DNA from: Nanobdellota archaeon
GTDB taxonomy: Archaea > Nanobdellota > Nanobdellia > Woesearchaeales > GW2011-AR9
Assembly: GCA_038046445.1 (NCBI GenBank)
Contig: JBBSWE010000185.1
Span: 1 to 34,525 of the forward strand
Direction: 5' to 3'
DNA length: 34,525 bases
Shown here: one piece after another, positions 8,923 to 17,578 of the stretch
Numbering within the stretch: the first letter of the stretch is position 1
How the letters are laid out: the number at the start of each line of letters is the position of its first letter
The notes under the pieces: generated by a model
What the model was told of the DNA's origin: nothing
The model's database searches: none
Seen by the model: the letters and a program-made list of their open reading frames with translations, nothing else
Program-made: the position numbers and the translations under genes

Positions 8923-9092
8923 GCGGATGTGCCGGAGCGGTCAAACGGGATAGCTTGTTTTGGTCTTCTGATCAAAATGGATCCAAACTCAAGGCATTTG
9001 AATATAGAGTGCTCACCAGAGTGCTATGAAGAAATCAATGTAAGTCATCTATTGGCTTAGTGCCTACCCAGGTTCGATTCCTGGCATCCGCA
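8923..9092 (+). tRNA. class-II-like tRNA (Ser/Leu type) interrupted by about 86 nt of intervening sequence; isotype unresolved (best manual model Ser-GGA)
   Basis: Acceptor GCGGATG (8923-8929) pairs with CATCCGC (9085-9091), discriminator A. D-arm 'CCG GAGCGGTCAAA CGG'. T-arm 'CCAGG TTCGATT CCTGG'. Candidate anticodon stem ATAGC (8950-8954) / GCTAT (9023-9027) encloses 68 nt. Long variable arm 'TGGCTTAGTGCCTAC'. An extra 25 nt lies between GCTAT and the variable arm. Confidence 0.75.
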
Positions 9093-9209
9093 TTTATTAT
9101 TTTCTTTAAAAGATTTCTACTAAGGCAACAATATTTTGAGGGTTGATAAGGGCAGTCTACCCTTATGGTGAAGAACCTGCCTTTCACATATTTTTTAATT
9201 CGAATAATG

Positions 9210-9219
9210 TTTATAAATA
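9210..9219 (+). promoter_or_regulatory. TATA box; near-leaderless start of the methyltransferase gene
   Basis: 'tttataaata' centred about 25 nt upstream of the ATG at 9239. Confidence 0.4.
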
Positions 9220-9238
9220 GAAAGATTCTTTAATAATT

Positions 9239-9961
9239 ATGGAAGAAAAAGAATTAGAAAAAGCTTATGATAAAGTCTCGAAGAAATATCTCTTTTCTAG
9301 AACGGAAGGTAAGGGTATCTGTGGGTTCGAAAATCGTGAAATGGAACAGCCGATTATGTTTGAATTAGTCCCAATGCATCTGAAAAATAAGAAATTACTT
9401 GATGTTGGATGTGGTCCGGGAATTCATATTAAAAAATATGTTAAAAGGGGAGCAAAATGCACGGGGATTGATTTAAGTAATGAAATGATTAAATTAGCTA
9501 AAAAATATTGTCCGAGTGCAGATTTTAAAAAAGGGAGTATTTATGACTTGAAATTTGATGATGACTTCTTTGATATCATTACTTCTTCTTTTGTGTTAGA
9601 TCATGTAAAAGAATTAAATCGAGGAATAAAGGAAGTTAAAAGAGTTCTTAAAACAAAAGGGTTGTTTATTTTCTCAATACCTCACCCCATAACATTTATG
9701 TTTAGAAATTCTGAAAAGGGAGTATTTATTCCTAGCCATAGTTATTTTGATCAAGATAAAGTTTACTACGATATTGTACAATCAGGAAATAAATTTCCTG
9801 AATTTCCAAGAACTTTAGAAGAATATTTCCAAGAATTTCTTAAACTGGGATTTACTTTAATAGACTTTAGAGAGAGTAAACCCAAGGAAGAATGGGAAAA
9901 AATTGATCCTATGTTTGTTAAAATACCCGATCTTTGTTTCTTTGTGTGGAGAAAAGACTAA
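9239..9961 (+). CDS. class I SAM-dependent methyltransferase
   Basis: 240 aa. Motif I 'LLDVGCGPGIH', post-I 'GIDLS', and a motif II-like 'FDIITSSFVLDHV'. Confidence 0.8.
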   Translation: MEEKELEKAYDKVSKKYLFSRTEGKGICGFENREMEQPIMFELVPMHLKNKKLLDVGCGPGIHIKKYVKRGAKCTGIDLSNEMIKLAKKYCPSADFKKGSIYDLKFDDDFFDIITSSFVLDHVKELNRGIKEVKRVLKTKGLFIFSIPHPITFMFRNSEKGVFIPSHSYFDQDKVYYDIVQSGNKFPEFPRTLEEYFQEFLKLGFTLIDFRESKPKEEWEKIDPMFVKIPDLCFFVWRKD

Positions 9962-10046
9962 ATTCTCTTTTTTTAGGAAAAGAAATGGACCTTACCCTGA
10001 AGACATTTATCAAAGCATTTTTAAACCCCAAACTTATCTTCTCCTC

Positions 10047-11387
10047 ATGCCCATAGAAATTTGCACCATTGGAGGATATTCTGAATCCGGAAAGAATTCT
10101 ACTGCGATTAAAGTAGATGATGAAGTAGTGATCCTAGATATGGGCTTGCAGATGGAAAATTACATCCGCTATACTGAAGATGAAGATATCAGCGGAGTAA
10201 CTTATGAAGAATTGCTTAAGGTTAAAGCTGTTCCGGATTACAATTTAATCAAAGATTGGAAAGATAAAGTCATCGCCATCATCCCTGGACATGGACATTT
10301 AGATCACATTGGAGCCGTGCCGTTCGCTTTCAAATTGTTTCCTAAAGCGACCATCATCTGCACCCCCTTTACTGCCGAAGTATTGAAAAGTATCTTTGCT
10401 GATGAAGAAATCAAAGTACCCAACCCTTTGGTCAGTTTAAACTTGAATTCTTCTTACAAAATATCCAAGAAGCTGACGGTGGAATTGATTTATATGACTC
10501 ATTCCATTCCCCATACCGCCATGATTCTGTTGCACACCCCTTATGGAACAGTAGTTTATGCTAACGATTACAAGTTTGATCTTCATCCGACCTTAGGACA
10601 AAAGCCAAATTTTGAACGTCTGAAAGAAATAGGGAAAGAGGGAGCCAAGGTGCTTATAGTAGAGTGTCTTTACGCGCATGAACATAAGAAAACTCCTTCT
10701 GAATCAGTAGCCCAACAGATGCTGAAAGATGTGATGATGGGAGTTAATGCCGAAGGGAAGGCCATGGTTGTTACTACGTTCTCTTCTCACTTAGCCCGAT
10801 TGAAAAGTATTGTAGAGATGGGCAAAAAATTAAATCGTAAGATTGTATTCTTGGGAAGATCCTTGGGACGTTATGTAACGGCGGGACAGAATCTCAACAT
10901 CATTGATTTTAAAGCTGATGTTAAGTTGATAAGACACCGAGATAAGTTAGAAGCTTTCTTTCGCAAAATGAACAAGGAAGGTAAAGAAAAGTATCTTCTA
11001 GTGGTTACGGGTCATCAAGGAGAACCGAAAGCGATGCTTTCGCGGATGGTGCGAGAAGAGTTGCCTTTTAAATTTGAAAATGGAGACCTAGTTATTTTTA
11101 GCTGTTCCGTTATCCCGGTAGAATTAAATAAAGATAATCGCGATATTTTGGAACGAGAGTTAAAAAATAAAGGAGTGCGTATCTTTACGGATATTCATGT
11201 TTCTGGTCATGCCGCTAGGGAAGACCATCGTGACCTAATTGGATATATCAAACCTCAACATATCATTCCTTCTCATTCCGGACATTATAAAGCAATGCAA
11301 ATGGCCGAATTGGCGGTAGAGATGGGCTATGAAATAAACAAGAATGTCCATTTAATGGAAGATGGGAAGAGAATAACCCTTAAATAA
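10047..11387 (+). CDS. rnj: archaeal RNase J-like beta-CASP metallo-beta-lactamase ribonuclease
   Basis: Start moved to the ATG at 10047 ('MPIEICTIGGYSESGKN'), because the 9903 start overlaps the upstream gene. 'PGHGHLDHIGAVP' is the HxHxDH motif. Later 'HVSGHA' and 'IIPSHSGH' are beta-CASP-like motifs. Confidence 0.8.
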   Translation: MPIEICTIGGYSESGKNSTAIKVDDEVVILDMGLQMENYIRYTEDEDISGVTYEELLKVKAVPDYNLIKDWKDKVIAIIPGHGHLDHIGAVPFAFKLFPKATIICTPFTAEVLKSIFADEEIKVPNPLVSLNLNSSYKISKKLTVELIYMTHSIPHTAMILLHTPYGTVVYANDYKFDLHPTLGQKPNFERLKEIGKEGAKVLIVECLYAHEHKKTPSESVAQQMLKDVMMGVNAEGKAMVVTTFSSHLARLKSIVEMGKKLNRKIVFLGRSLGRYVTAGQNLNIIDFKADVKLIRHRDKLEAFFRKMNKEGKEKYLLVVTGHQGEPKAMLSRMVREELPFKFENGDLVIFSCSVIPVELNKDNRDILERELKNKGVRIFTDIHVSGHAAREDHRDLIGYIKPQHIIPSHSGHYKAMQMAELAVEMGYEINKNVHLMEDGKRITLK

Positions 11388-11843
11388 TTAATAATTCTTG
11401 GAACAATAATCTGCCACCTGGTCCAGTCGCCCATGCAATTTTAGTTCTCTAATATAATCCTTATCACGGATTAATTTTATCCTATTAATTTCTCGAGCTA
11501 GTTCTTCTAATCTTCCACCTAAAGATAAAGGAGGATAAGGCCCATCCCTATTTTCTGAATCTTGATCTTTTCTTTTAAGAGCAACTCCAGCATTCTGGGT
11601 AACAATCAATAGATATTCAAGTGGAAGATATAAAGATGATTCTACTGAACGATAAAACATTTGTCTTCCATGACGATCCAATAAAATAATATCGCCCCAT
11701 TTTTCAAGATAAGCATACACTATTTCTACTTTTTTTTGGTCAGAGAGTTCTTTCATCACTTCATTAGCAGCCGCTTTCCAAGCAGAAGGTATAGATGATG
11801 CTGAATAAACCCGAATATTGTTATAACTTGATTCTTTCCCCAT
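11388..11843 (-). CDS. hypothetical protein
   Basis: 151-aa ORF convergent with rnj. No motif recognised. Confidence 0.45.
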   Translation of the reverse strand: MGKESSYNNIRVYSASSIPSAWKAAANEVMKELSDQKKVEIVYAYLEKWGDIILLDRHGRQMFYRSVESSLYLPLEYLLIVTQNAGVALKRKDQDSENRDGPYPPLSLGGRLEELAREINRIKLIRDKDYIRELKLHGRLDQVADYCSKNY

Positions 11844-11963
11844 CCTTAAGGCATTACCGGACGAATCTATTTAATGTTTTCTTTTACCTGAAGCTACGTT
11901 TCCAGCACAACAAATCTTATAAAGGTATTTCTCCCCTAAATCTCATTCGAGGGGGTACCTACC

Positions 11964-12710
11964 ATGAAAGTCGTTTTAGCTGAACCACGTTACTTTAAAG
12001 AGAGCATTGCTATTATTTCTGAATTAGTCAGTGAAGCCAAGTTTAAGGTCAATAAGAATGGTCTGGAATTAGTAGCCATGGATGCCGCTAATGTCGCCAT
12101 GGTCATCTTCAAGATGCTTAGCACCTGCTTTACTGCTTATGAAGTTAAGGAAGAGGAAGAGTGGGCAATTAATCTTAACAATTTAAAACAAATCTTGCGT
12201 AGAATTAAAGGCGACGACATGCTTACTTTAGAAACTACTGATGATAATCGTTTGAAGATTATTATGAAAAGTAATACGGTTCGTTCTTTCACCCTGCCTA
12301 CTTTAGAGATTGAAAGTAAAGAGCAAAAAGTTCCCGAGTTGAGTTTTCCCATTTCCGTAGAAATGAATTCTTCTCTACTTTCCGATTCAGTAGATGATGT
12401 TTCCGTAGTCGCTGAATCCGTAACTTTGTTAGGGGAAAAAGGTCAATTATCAGTAAAAGCAGAAGGAGATTTGTCTAAAGCCTTTATTGAAATCAAGCCC
12501 GATGAGAGTGTGATTATTAAAACAGATATTGATGACAAGTTCAAAGCTAAATATTCTTTAGAATACTTGAAGAAGATGATTGCTGGCGGAAAGTTAGCGG
12601 ATCGGGTTACTTTACGCTTTAACACCGACTATCCTTTGAAGATTGAGTATAAGATTATTGATAGACTGGCTTTAAGCTTCATCCTCGCTCCTAGAGTGGA
12701 TAATGACTGA
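11964..12710 (+). CDS. pcn: DNA polymerase sliding clamp (PCNA)
   Basis: 248 aa. 'FKESIAIISELVSEAKFKVNKNGLELVAMDAANVAMV' and the two-domain length are typical of archaeal PCNA. TATA-like 'cttataaag' upstream. Confidence 0.9.
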   Translation: MKVVLAEPRYFKESIAIISELVSEAKFKVNKNGLELVAMDAANVAMVIFKMLSTCFTAYEVKEEEEWAINLNNLKQILRRIKGDDMLTLETTDDNRLKIIMKSNTVRSFTLPTLEIESKEQKVPELSFPISVEMNSSLLSDSVDDVSVVAESVTLLGEKGQLSVKAEGDLSKAFIEIKPDESVIIKTDIDDKFKAKYSLEYLKKMIAGGKLADRVTLRFNTDYPLKIEYKIIDRLALSFILAPRVDND

Positions 12711-12712
12711 AG

Positions 12713-12970
12713 ATGAACGAGGCTGAAAAACCAGTTACTTGGAAAGCTTACGCTTTAGTGGGAGTAATGGCTGTAGGTTTGGCTACGGTGGCCTGGTACG
12801 TTCTTTCTGATTGTTCCTCAACGCCATCGACTCGCCCAGAAAATCAAGCAGAAGTTAATCGGCAGAAAGGAATCCAATCATTAGTCTGTGATCCTGGCAG
12901 TGTGCAGCATTTTAATCCAAAAGAATGTGATGCAAGTAAAGGATTGGAAATGGAACTTTACCAAAAATAA
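12713..12970 (+). CDS. small membrane-anchored hypothetical protein
   Basis: 85 aa with one TM 'YALVGVMAVGLATVAWYVL'. Starts 2 nt after the PCNA stop. Confidence 0.4.
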   Translation: MNEAEKPVTWKAYALVGVMAVGLATVAWYVLSDCSSTPSTRPENQAEVNRQKGIQSLVCDPGSVQHFNPKECDASKGLEMELYQK

Positions 12971-13019
12971 CCTTTCCTACATAAATCTTATAAATACACT
13001 ACTATTTAGGTATAAAAGT

Positions 13020-13499
13020 ATGGAAAATAAATATGTTGGATTGATGATTGTTGGGGTAGCTTTAGTGTTCTTCCTAGTAGTTATGTCTTTCAACAACGCC
13101 TTGGAAGAGATAGTAAACACCACTTGTGACCATGGACCTACTTGTCCCATGTACACTACTTTAAGCACCCAAAAGATCATCAGTTACAGTTTGATTGGAT
13201 TATTAGTATTACTAGGTTTATTGGTGACTTTCTTTATTAGAGAGAAGAAACTTCCTGCTGAAACTAAGAAAGTATTAAGCGAGGAAGAAAAGAAACATAA
13301 GTTAGAGAATCTTGATGATGAAGAAAAGAGAGTAATGGAACTCTTAATCAACAACCAAGGTTCGATGTACCAGAGCGACGTACTTAAAGAAACTCAATTG
13401 AGTAAGGTTAAAGTAACCAGAATTCTAGACAAGATGGAAGGAAAGCAACTTCTTGAACGAAAACGTCGTGGAATGACTAATATCGTTATTCTAAAATAA
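13020..13499 (+). CDS. membrane-tethered wHTH (MarR-like) regulator with an extracytoplasmic Cys pair
   Basis: ATG at 13020 ('MENKYVGLMIVGVALVFFLVV') preceded by 'tataaaag'. Two TMs flank 'TTCDHGPTCPMY'. C-terminal wHTH 'EEKRVMELLINNQGSMYQSDVLKETQLSKVKVTRILDKMEGKQLLER'. Confidence 0.65.
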   Translation: MENKYVGLMIVGVALVFFLVVMSFNNALEEIVNTTCDHGPTCPMYTTLSTQKIISYSLIGLLVLLGLLVTFFIREKKLPAETKKVLSEEEKKHKLENLDDEEKRVMELLINNQGSMYQSDVLKETQLSKVKVTRILDKMEGKQLLERKRRGMTNIVILK

Positions 13500-13567
13500 G
13501 GCTGAAACTAGTTTCACCAGTACTTTATAAAGCTGTTTCAATTGTTAGCCTTAACGGTGAATGAAAA

Positions 13568-13804
13568 ATGGTTTATTGTGGAACATTTGGTTTAGGATAC
13601 GGAACAGGAGGATGGAGCGGAATGATCTTTATGGGATTATTCTGGATAGCGGTTATAGCAGCAATTATTTGGCTGGTAATCAAGCTAAGTCAAGGCCAAC
13701 TCTCAGGCAATAAAACTGCAGAAGAGATACTAAAAGAGCGTTATGCCCGGGGAGAACTCTCAGAGAAGGAATACGACCAAAAATTGCGCGAGGTAAGAAA
13801 ATGA
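13568..13804 (+). CDS. SHOCT-domain membrane protein
   Basis: 78 aa. TM 'IFMGLFWIAVIAAIIWLVI' followed by the SHOCT-like 'AEEILKERYARGELSEKEYDQKLREV'. Confidence 0.7.
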   Translation: MVYCGTFGLGYGTGGWSGMIFMGLFWIAVIAAIIWLVIKLSQGQLSGNKTAEEILKERYARGELSEKEYDQKLREVRK

Positions 13805-14190
13805 AAATTAAGTGGATTTTTAGCTTATTATTAGTATTATCAGTATTGGTCGTTGGATGTGCTAAGTCTACCAATGAAACAACCTTAACTGGACAAGCGG
13901 TATCTCAAATTGAGACAATAAAAACATTTGAAATTACCGCTAAATCCTTTAGTTTTGAGCCAGATACAATTACTGTAAATAAAGGAGATAAAGTTAAACT
14001 TATTGTTACTTCCATAGATATCGACCACGGAGTAGGTATCAAAGAATATAACCTTAGACAATATGTCGCTGCAGGTAAAACAGAAACCATAGAATTCATC
14101 GCAGATAAACAAGGAACTTTCAATTTTTATTGTTCAGTTTATTGTGGAGAAGGCCATGGAACCATGAAAGGACAATTAATAGTGAAATAG
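13801..14190 (+). CDS. cupredoxin-fold copper-binding (lipo)protein
   Basis: ATGA overlap with the upstream stop. Lipobox-like 'LVVGC'. 'FEPDTITVNKGDKVKLIVTSIDIDHGV' and 'FYCSVYCGEGHGTMKGQLIV' provide His/Cys/His/Met ligands. Confidence 0.75.
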   Translation: MKIKWIFSLLLVLSVLVVGCAKSTNETTLTGQAVSQIETIKTFEITAKSFSFEPDTITVNKGDKVKLIVTSIDIDHGVGIKEYNLRQYVAAGKTETIEFIADKQGTFNFYCSVYCGEGHGTMKGQLIVK

Positions 14191-14202
14191 AGGTAAATAA
14201 AA

Positions 14203-14406
14203 ATGAAAAAAATACAATTGAAGATAACTGGAATGCATTGTAAAAGCTGTGAAATGTTAATAACTGACGCCTTGGAAGAGGTAGGAGCTAAAGCCCAAGT
14301 AGACAGCAAAAAAGGCACAGCTATCGTTGAATTTGATGAAAAGAAGCTAACGGAAGATAAGATCAAACAGATCATCAAAAACGAAGGTTATAGTGTAGAA
14401 AAATAG
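14203..14406 (+). CDS. copZ: heavy-metal-associated copper chaperone
   Basis: 67 aa. 'GMHCKSCEMLI' is the MxCxxC motif in an HMA ferredoxin-like pattern. Confidence 0.85.
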   Translation: MKKIQLKITGMHCKSCEMLITDALEEVGAKAQVDSKKGTAIVEFDEKKLTEDKIKQIIKNEGYSVEK

Positions 14407-14415
14407 AGGTACCCT

Positions 14416-16176
14416 ATGGTTGATATAAAAAGAAAATTTAAAATAAAGGGAATTGATTCTGAAGATTTAGAAAGTCTAGCGGCAAAAGAAGCTTTCTCGG
14501 TCTCTGGAGTGAAGTCCATAGATTTCTTCCCGGAAAAAGAAGAAGCCCAGATTGAGATGGAAGAAGATGTTAATTTAAGTAAAGTGTTCGAAAAAATGGA
14601 AAAGCGCGGATTTAATTGCGAAACTATTTCTACCGAAAAGATTATCCCTTTGGACACTAACAATAGTATAGAAGCGGAACCTCTTCCGGAAAATAAACCA
14701 CCCACTGAAAGCATCATCAAAAAGAAGTTTAAAGTTAAAAATATGGTTTGTGCCAGCTGTGAAAAAATTATTTCTAAAGAAGTACATAAACTTTCAGGAA
14801 TCAAAAGTGTTATCGTAGATTATAACTCGGGTTCAGCAGAGATATCTTACGATCAACATCAAGTTTCTTTTGAAGAAATAAAAAATAAAATTGAAAGTAG
14901 AGGATATATTGTAACCGATTCCAGTGAACTGGATGAAAAGAAAAAATTAAGTGGATTTTCCTGGTTATTGATTGCTGCTGGAATTATTATGTTAGGTTAT
15001 TTTGCTTTACAACTTTATTCTAACATTTCCATTCCAGAAATCTGTAAGAACATGGGTTATGGATTATTATTTGTAGTTGGATTACTTACTGGATTCCATT
15101 GTGTAGCTATGTGTGGCGGATTCGTAGTATCATATACCACTAAAGGTGCTAAAGAAGGGAAGAAACCAATGCAATTACATGCCAGTTATGCTATCGGAAA
15201 AACCATCTCTTATACTATTATTGGAGCGATCTTTGGCCTTCTGGGCAGCATTATTGCTTTTACTCCCGCTATCAGAGGGTGGGCAGGAATCATTGCCGGA
15301 ACTTTCTTGATACTGTTTGGATTAAAGATGTTAGGTTTAAGTTGGTTCAAAAAGTTCCAGTTCAGCTTACCTAAATCCATGAGTAAGTGGATTGGAGAAG
15401 AATCAAAGATTCATCAACAAAGTCCATTAATTATCGGATTACTAAATGGTTTGATGATTGCTTGCGGTCCTTTACAAGCAGTATATATTATGGCGGCGGG
15501 AACCGGAAGTATGGTTGAAGGAGCAAAGATGCTTTTCATCTTTGGCTTAGGAACGCTACCGGTAATGTTGGGCTTTGGTTATTTAACTAGTATTATAAGT
15601 TCCAAAGCTACTATGAAAATCTTGAAAGCTAGCGGAGTATTAGTAATAATCTTGGGATTGATTATGTTAAACCGAGGACTAGCCTTGACCGGTAGCGGTT
15701 ATGATACTGAATCCCTAACTTCGGGAATAAGTGCTCTAGGCAGCAACAATAATGTGCCCACGCAAACATCGGATTCTAGTTCTGGATTAGTGATTAAGGA
15801 TGGCTATCAAGAAATTAGAATGACTGTAGGAAGTAGCGGCTTTAGTCCGAACAAATTCGTATTAAAGAAAGGTGTCCCTGTAAAATGGATTATCACCGGC
15901 GCACAATTGAATGGATGTAATAATAAAATTCAAGTCCCGGCTTATAATTTAAATTTTGATGTCAAGCCAGGAGAACAAACTATTGAATTTACTCCCGATA
16001 AGGTTGGCACCATCTCTTGGAGTTGTTGGATGGGCATGTTAAGAGGAGCATTTGTGGTAACTGACAGTGCTGATGCTCAAACAGTAGCTCAGGCCGCAAG
16101 CCAAGTACAAGTTCCGAAGGGAGCAAGTTGTGGAGCAGGCGGTGGAGGCTGTGGCTGTGGAGGAGGTGCAAAATGA
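14416..16176 (+). CDS. fusion protein: degenerate HMA + canonical HMA + polytopic TauE/DsbD-like permease + C-terminal cupredoxin-like domain
   Basis: 586 aa. The first HMA-like repeat lacks CxxC; the second has 'NMVCASCEKI'. The membrane core carries 'GFHCVAMCGGFV'. C-terminus reads 'FSPNKFVLKKGVPVKWII...GCNNKIQVP...ISWSCWMGMLRGAFVV'. Tail 'SCGAGGGGCGCGGGAK'. Confidence 0.7.
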   Translation: MVDIKRKFKIKGIDSEDLESLAAKEAFSVSGVKSIDFFPEKEEAQIEMEEDVNLSKVFEKMEKRGFNCETISTEKIIPLDTNNSIEAEPLPENKPPTESIIKKKFKVKNMVCASCEKIISKEVHKLSGIKSVIVDYNSGSAEISYDQHQVSFEEIKNKIESRGYIVTDSSELDEKKKLSGFSWLLIAAGIIMLGYFALQLYSNISIPEICKNMGYGLLFVVGLLTGFHCVAMCGGFVVSYTTKGAKEGKKPMQLHASYAIGKTISYTIIGAIFGLLGSIIAFTPAIRGWAGIIAGTFLILFGLKMLGLSWFKKFQFSLPKSMSKWIGEESKIHQQSPLIIGLLNGLMIACGPLQAVYIMAAGTGSMVEGAKMLFIFGLGTLPVMLGFGYLTSIISSKATMKILKASGVLVIILGLIMLNRGLALTGSGYDTESLTSGISALGSNNNVPTQTSDSSSGLVIKDGYQEIRMTVGSSGFSPNKFVLKKGVPVKWIITGAQLNGCNNKIQVPAYNLNFDVKPGEQTIEFTPDKVGTISWSCWMGMLRGAFVVTDSADAQTVAQAASQVQVPKGASCGAGGGGCGCGGGAK

Positions 16177-16637
16177 AACAGTACTTTTTAATTTTTTTTA
16201 GTTTAATTGTTATTTTTATTGCCGGTTGTTCCGCTAATAATAACTCTACAATTGGATCAGAAACAGTTGTTAAGGCGGAAAATTACGAGAATGCGATAAA
16301 AATACCCCTTTCGGAGATTAGTACTACGGCTAAATTTTTTAATCAAACTATTGATGGAGTGAAAATTGAATTTTTTGTAGTAAAATCATCAAATGGAGAA
16401 ATAAAGGTTGCTTTCAATGCGTGTGATGTTTGTTACGGAAATCAGAAAGGATATGTTCAAGAAGGAAAAGAAATGGTATGTAACAATTGTAAACAGCGAT
16501 TTGAGATTGACAATTTGGATGTGAAAAACAAAGTTGCTGGTTGCTGGCCATCTTACTTAGAAAGTAAGATTGAGGGAGACTCAATACTAATTTCTCAAGA
16601 GAGGTTATCTGAGAGGAGATATATGTTTGAAAATTAG
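16173..16637 (+). CDS. DUF2318-like Cys-rich extracytoplasmic (lipo)protein
   Basis: ATG at 16173 overlaps the upstream TGA. Lipobox-like 'FIAGC'. 'FNACDVCYGNQKGYVQEGKEMVCNNCKQRFEID...GCWP' matches the four-Cys DUF2318 pattern from memory. Confidence 0.6.
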   Translation: MKQYFLIFFSLIVIFIAGCSANNNSTIGSETVVKAENYENAIKIPLSEISTTAKFFNQTIDGVKIEFFVVKSSNGEIKVAFNACDVCYGNQKGYVQEGKEMVCNNCKQRFEIDNLDVKNKVAGCWPSYLESKIEGDSILISQERLSERRYMFEN

Positions 16638-16707
16638 GGAGTAAGGAAGAGAAACGTTTACTGTAAATTTAACAAATAATAATACCACGTAAAAATAGAG
16701 ATTAAAA

Positions 16708-17178
16708 ATGGAAAGGAACACCTTATGGAAAATGATTATTTTTCTATCTTTATTAGGTATTCTTGTCTCTGGTTATTTAATCAAGATCCATTTTACTTTC
16801 TCCAGTTTTTGTGATTTAAATCAAGCATTAAGTTGCAGCACCGTTAATGCTAGCGATTATGCAAATGTTTTAGGAATACCGGTCTCCTTTTTAGGCCTTG
16901 CCTTTTATGTGTTTGTATTTATATTCAGTACTCTTAATTACTTCCTGAAAGAAAAATACAGAAAGTTATCTAAATTGATATTGGTTGCAAGTGTTGTTGG
17001 TTTGTTTTTTTCTTTGTACTTAACCTACGCTGAATTTTTCCTTATTAAGGCAGTCTGTATTTTATGTTTAATCTCTTTGGGATTAATCTTAGGAATAGTG
17101 TTCTGCAGTAATCAGCTTAATAAAACAGAAGTAAAAGATAATGAAAATACCCCTCCTCAAATAACGAAATCACCATAA
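16708..17178 (+). CDS. vitamin K epoxide reductase (VKOR) family membrane oxidoreductase
   Basis: 156 aa with four TMs. Loop Cys pair 'CDLNQALSC', 'GIPVSFLGLAFY', and a TM4 'CILC' redox motif. Confidence 0.7.
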   Translation: MERNTLWKMIIFLSLLGILVSGYLIKIHFTFSSFCDLNQALSCSTVNASDYANVLGIPVSFLGLAFYVFVFIFSTLNYFLKEKYRKLSKLILVASVVGLFFSLYLTYAEFFLIKAVCILCLISLGLILGIVFCSNQLNKTEVKDNENTPPQITKSP

Positions 17179-17211
17179 AGCTTAAATAGTTGAGCAACTA
17201 TTCAACTAAAA

Positions 17212-17544
17212 ATGATGAAATATAACCCAGAGTACACTCAAAAAATCCTTCAACTCTTTTCAAGTTTAAGTGATGAAACTAGACTGAGGATAACGTTGTG
17301 TTTATTAGAAAGACCAAGAACGGTAAAAGAAATTCATCACAGTATTGGTGAAGAAAAAATGACTTTGTCGGCCATCTCTCATCAATTGAAGCAAATGCAC
17401 GATATTAATATTATTGAATTTGAGAAAAGGGGACGAGAAAAAACCTTTCATCTTTCCGATAAGTTTTGTTGGTGCATCCTGAGAGATGCTCTAGGACATT
17501 TTCAACACACTAAATGTCCTGAGTGCAGCAAAGTTAAGAAATAA
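17212..17544 (+). CDS. ArsR/SmtB-family metalloregulator
   Basis: 110 aa. 'LFSSLSDETRLRITLCLLERPRTVKEIHHSIG...SAISHQLKQMHD' is the ArsR wHTH. C-terminal 'CWC...HTKCPEC' are candidate metal ligands. Confidence 0.8.
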   Translation: MMKYNPEYTQKILQLFSSLSDETRLRITLCLLERPRTVKEIHHSIGEEKMTLSAISHQLKQMHDINIIEFEKRGREKTFHLSDKFCWCILRDALGHFQHTKCPECSKVKK

Positions 17545-17578
17545 CACCAAAAAATTTAAACAAATTAAATAAGATAAA

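Noticed and set aside
8988-8994. 'CTCAAGG' inside the tRNA insert looks like a tRNA-Leu(CAA) anticodon loop.
   Set aside because: The flanking bases (CCAAA / CATTT) do not form an anticodon stem. I could not build a splice model that supplies a complementary 3' strand without a mismatch, so I treat it as intron sequence. This remains unresolved.
9093-9209. Possible small RNA or C/D-box sRNA downstream of the tRNA (hairpin AAGGG-cagtcta-CCCTT).
   Set aside because: There are no recognisable C (RUGAUGA) and D (CUGA) boxes at proper spacing, only a short 5-bp stem. It is more likely a spacer or terminator region.
9903-10046. N-terminal 48-codon extension of the RNase J ORF in the track.
   Set aside because: It overlaps the end of the methyltransferase gene and encodes non-conserved sequence. 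The ATG at 10047 gives the canonical 'MPIEICTIGG' beta-lactamase-fold start and has a TATA-like 'tttttaaa' upstream.
14388-14804. 138-aa minus-strand ORF, together with many other 60-130-aa ORFs antisense to long genes (e.g. 2339-2530, 3575-3841, 4008-4280, 7841-8161, 18076-18462, 25051-25263, 27043-27315, 28193-28498, 30200-30496, 33109-33393).
   Set aside because: Each lies entirely within, and antisense or out of frame to, a longer ORF with clear family motifs. They have low-complexity composition typical of shadow ORFs in AT-rich DNA.
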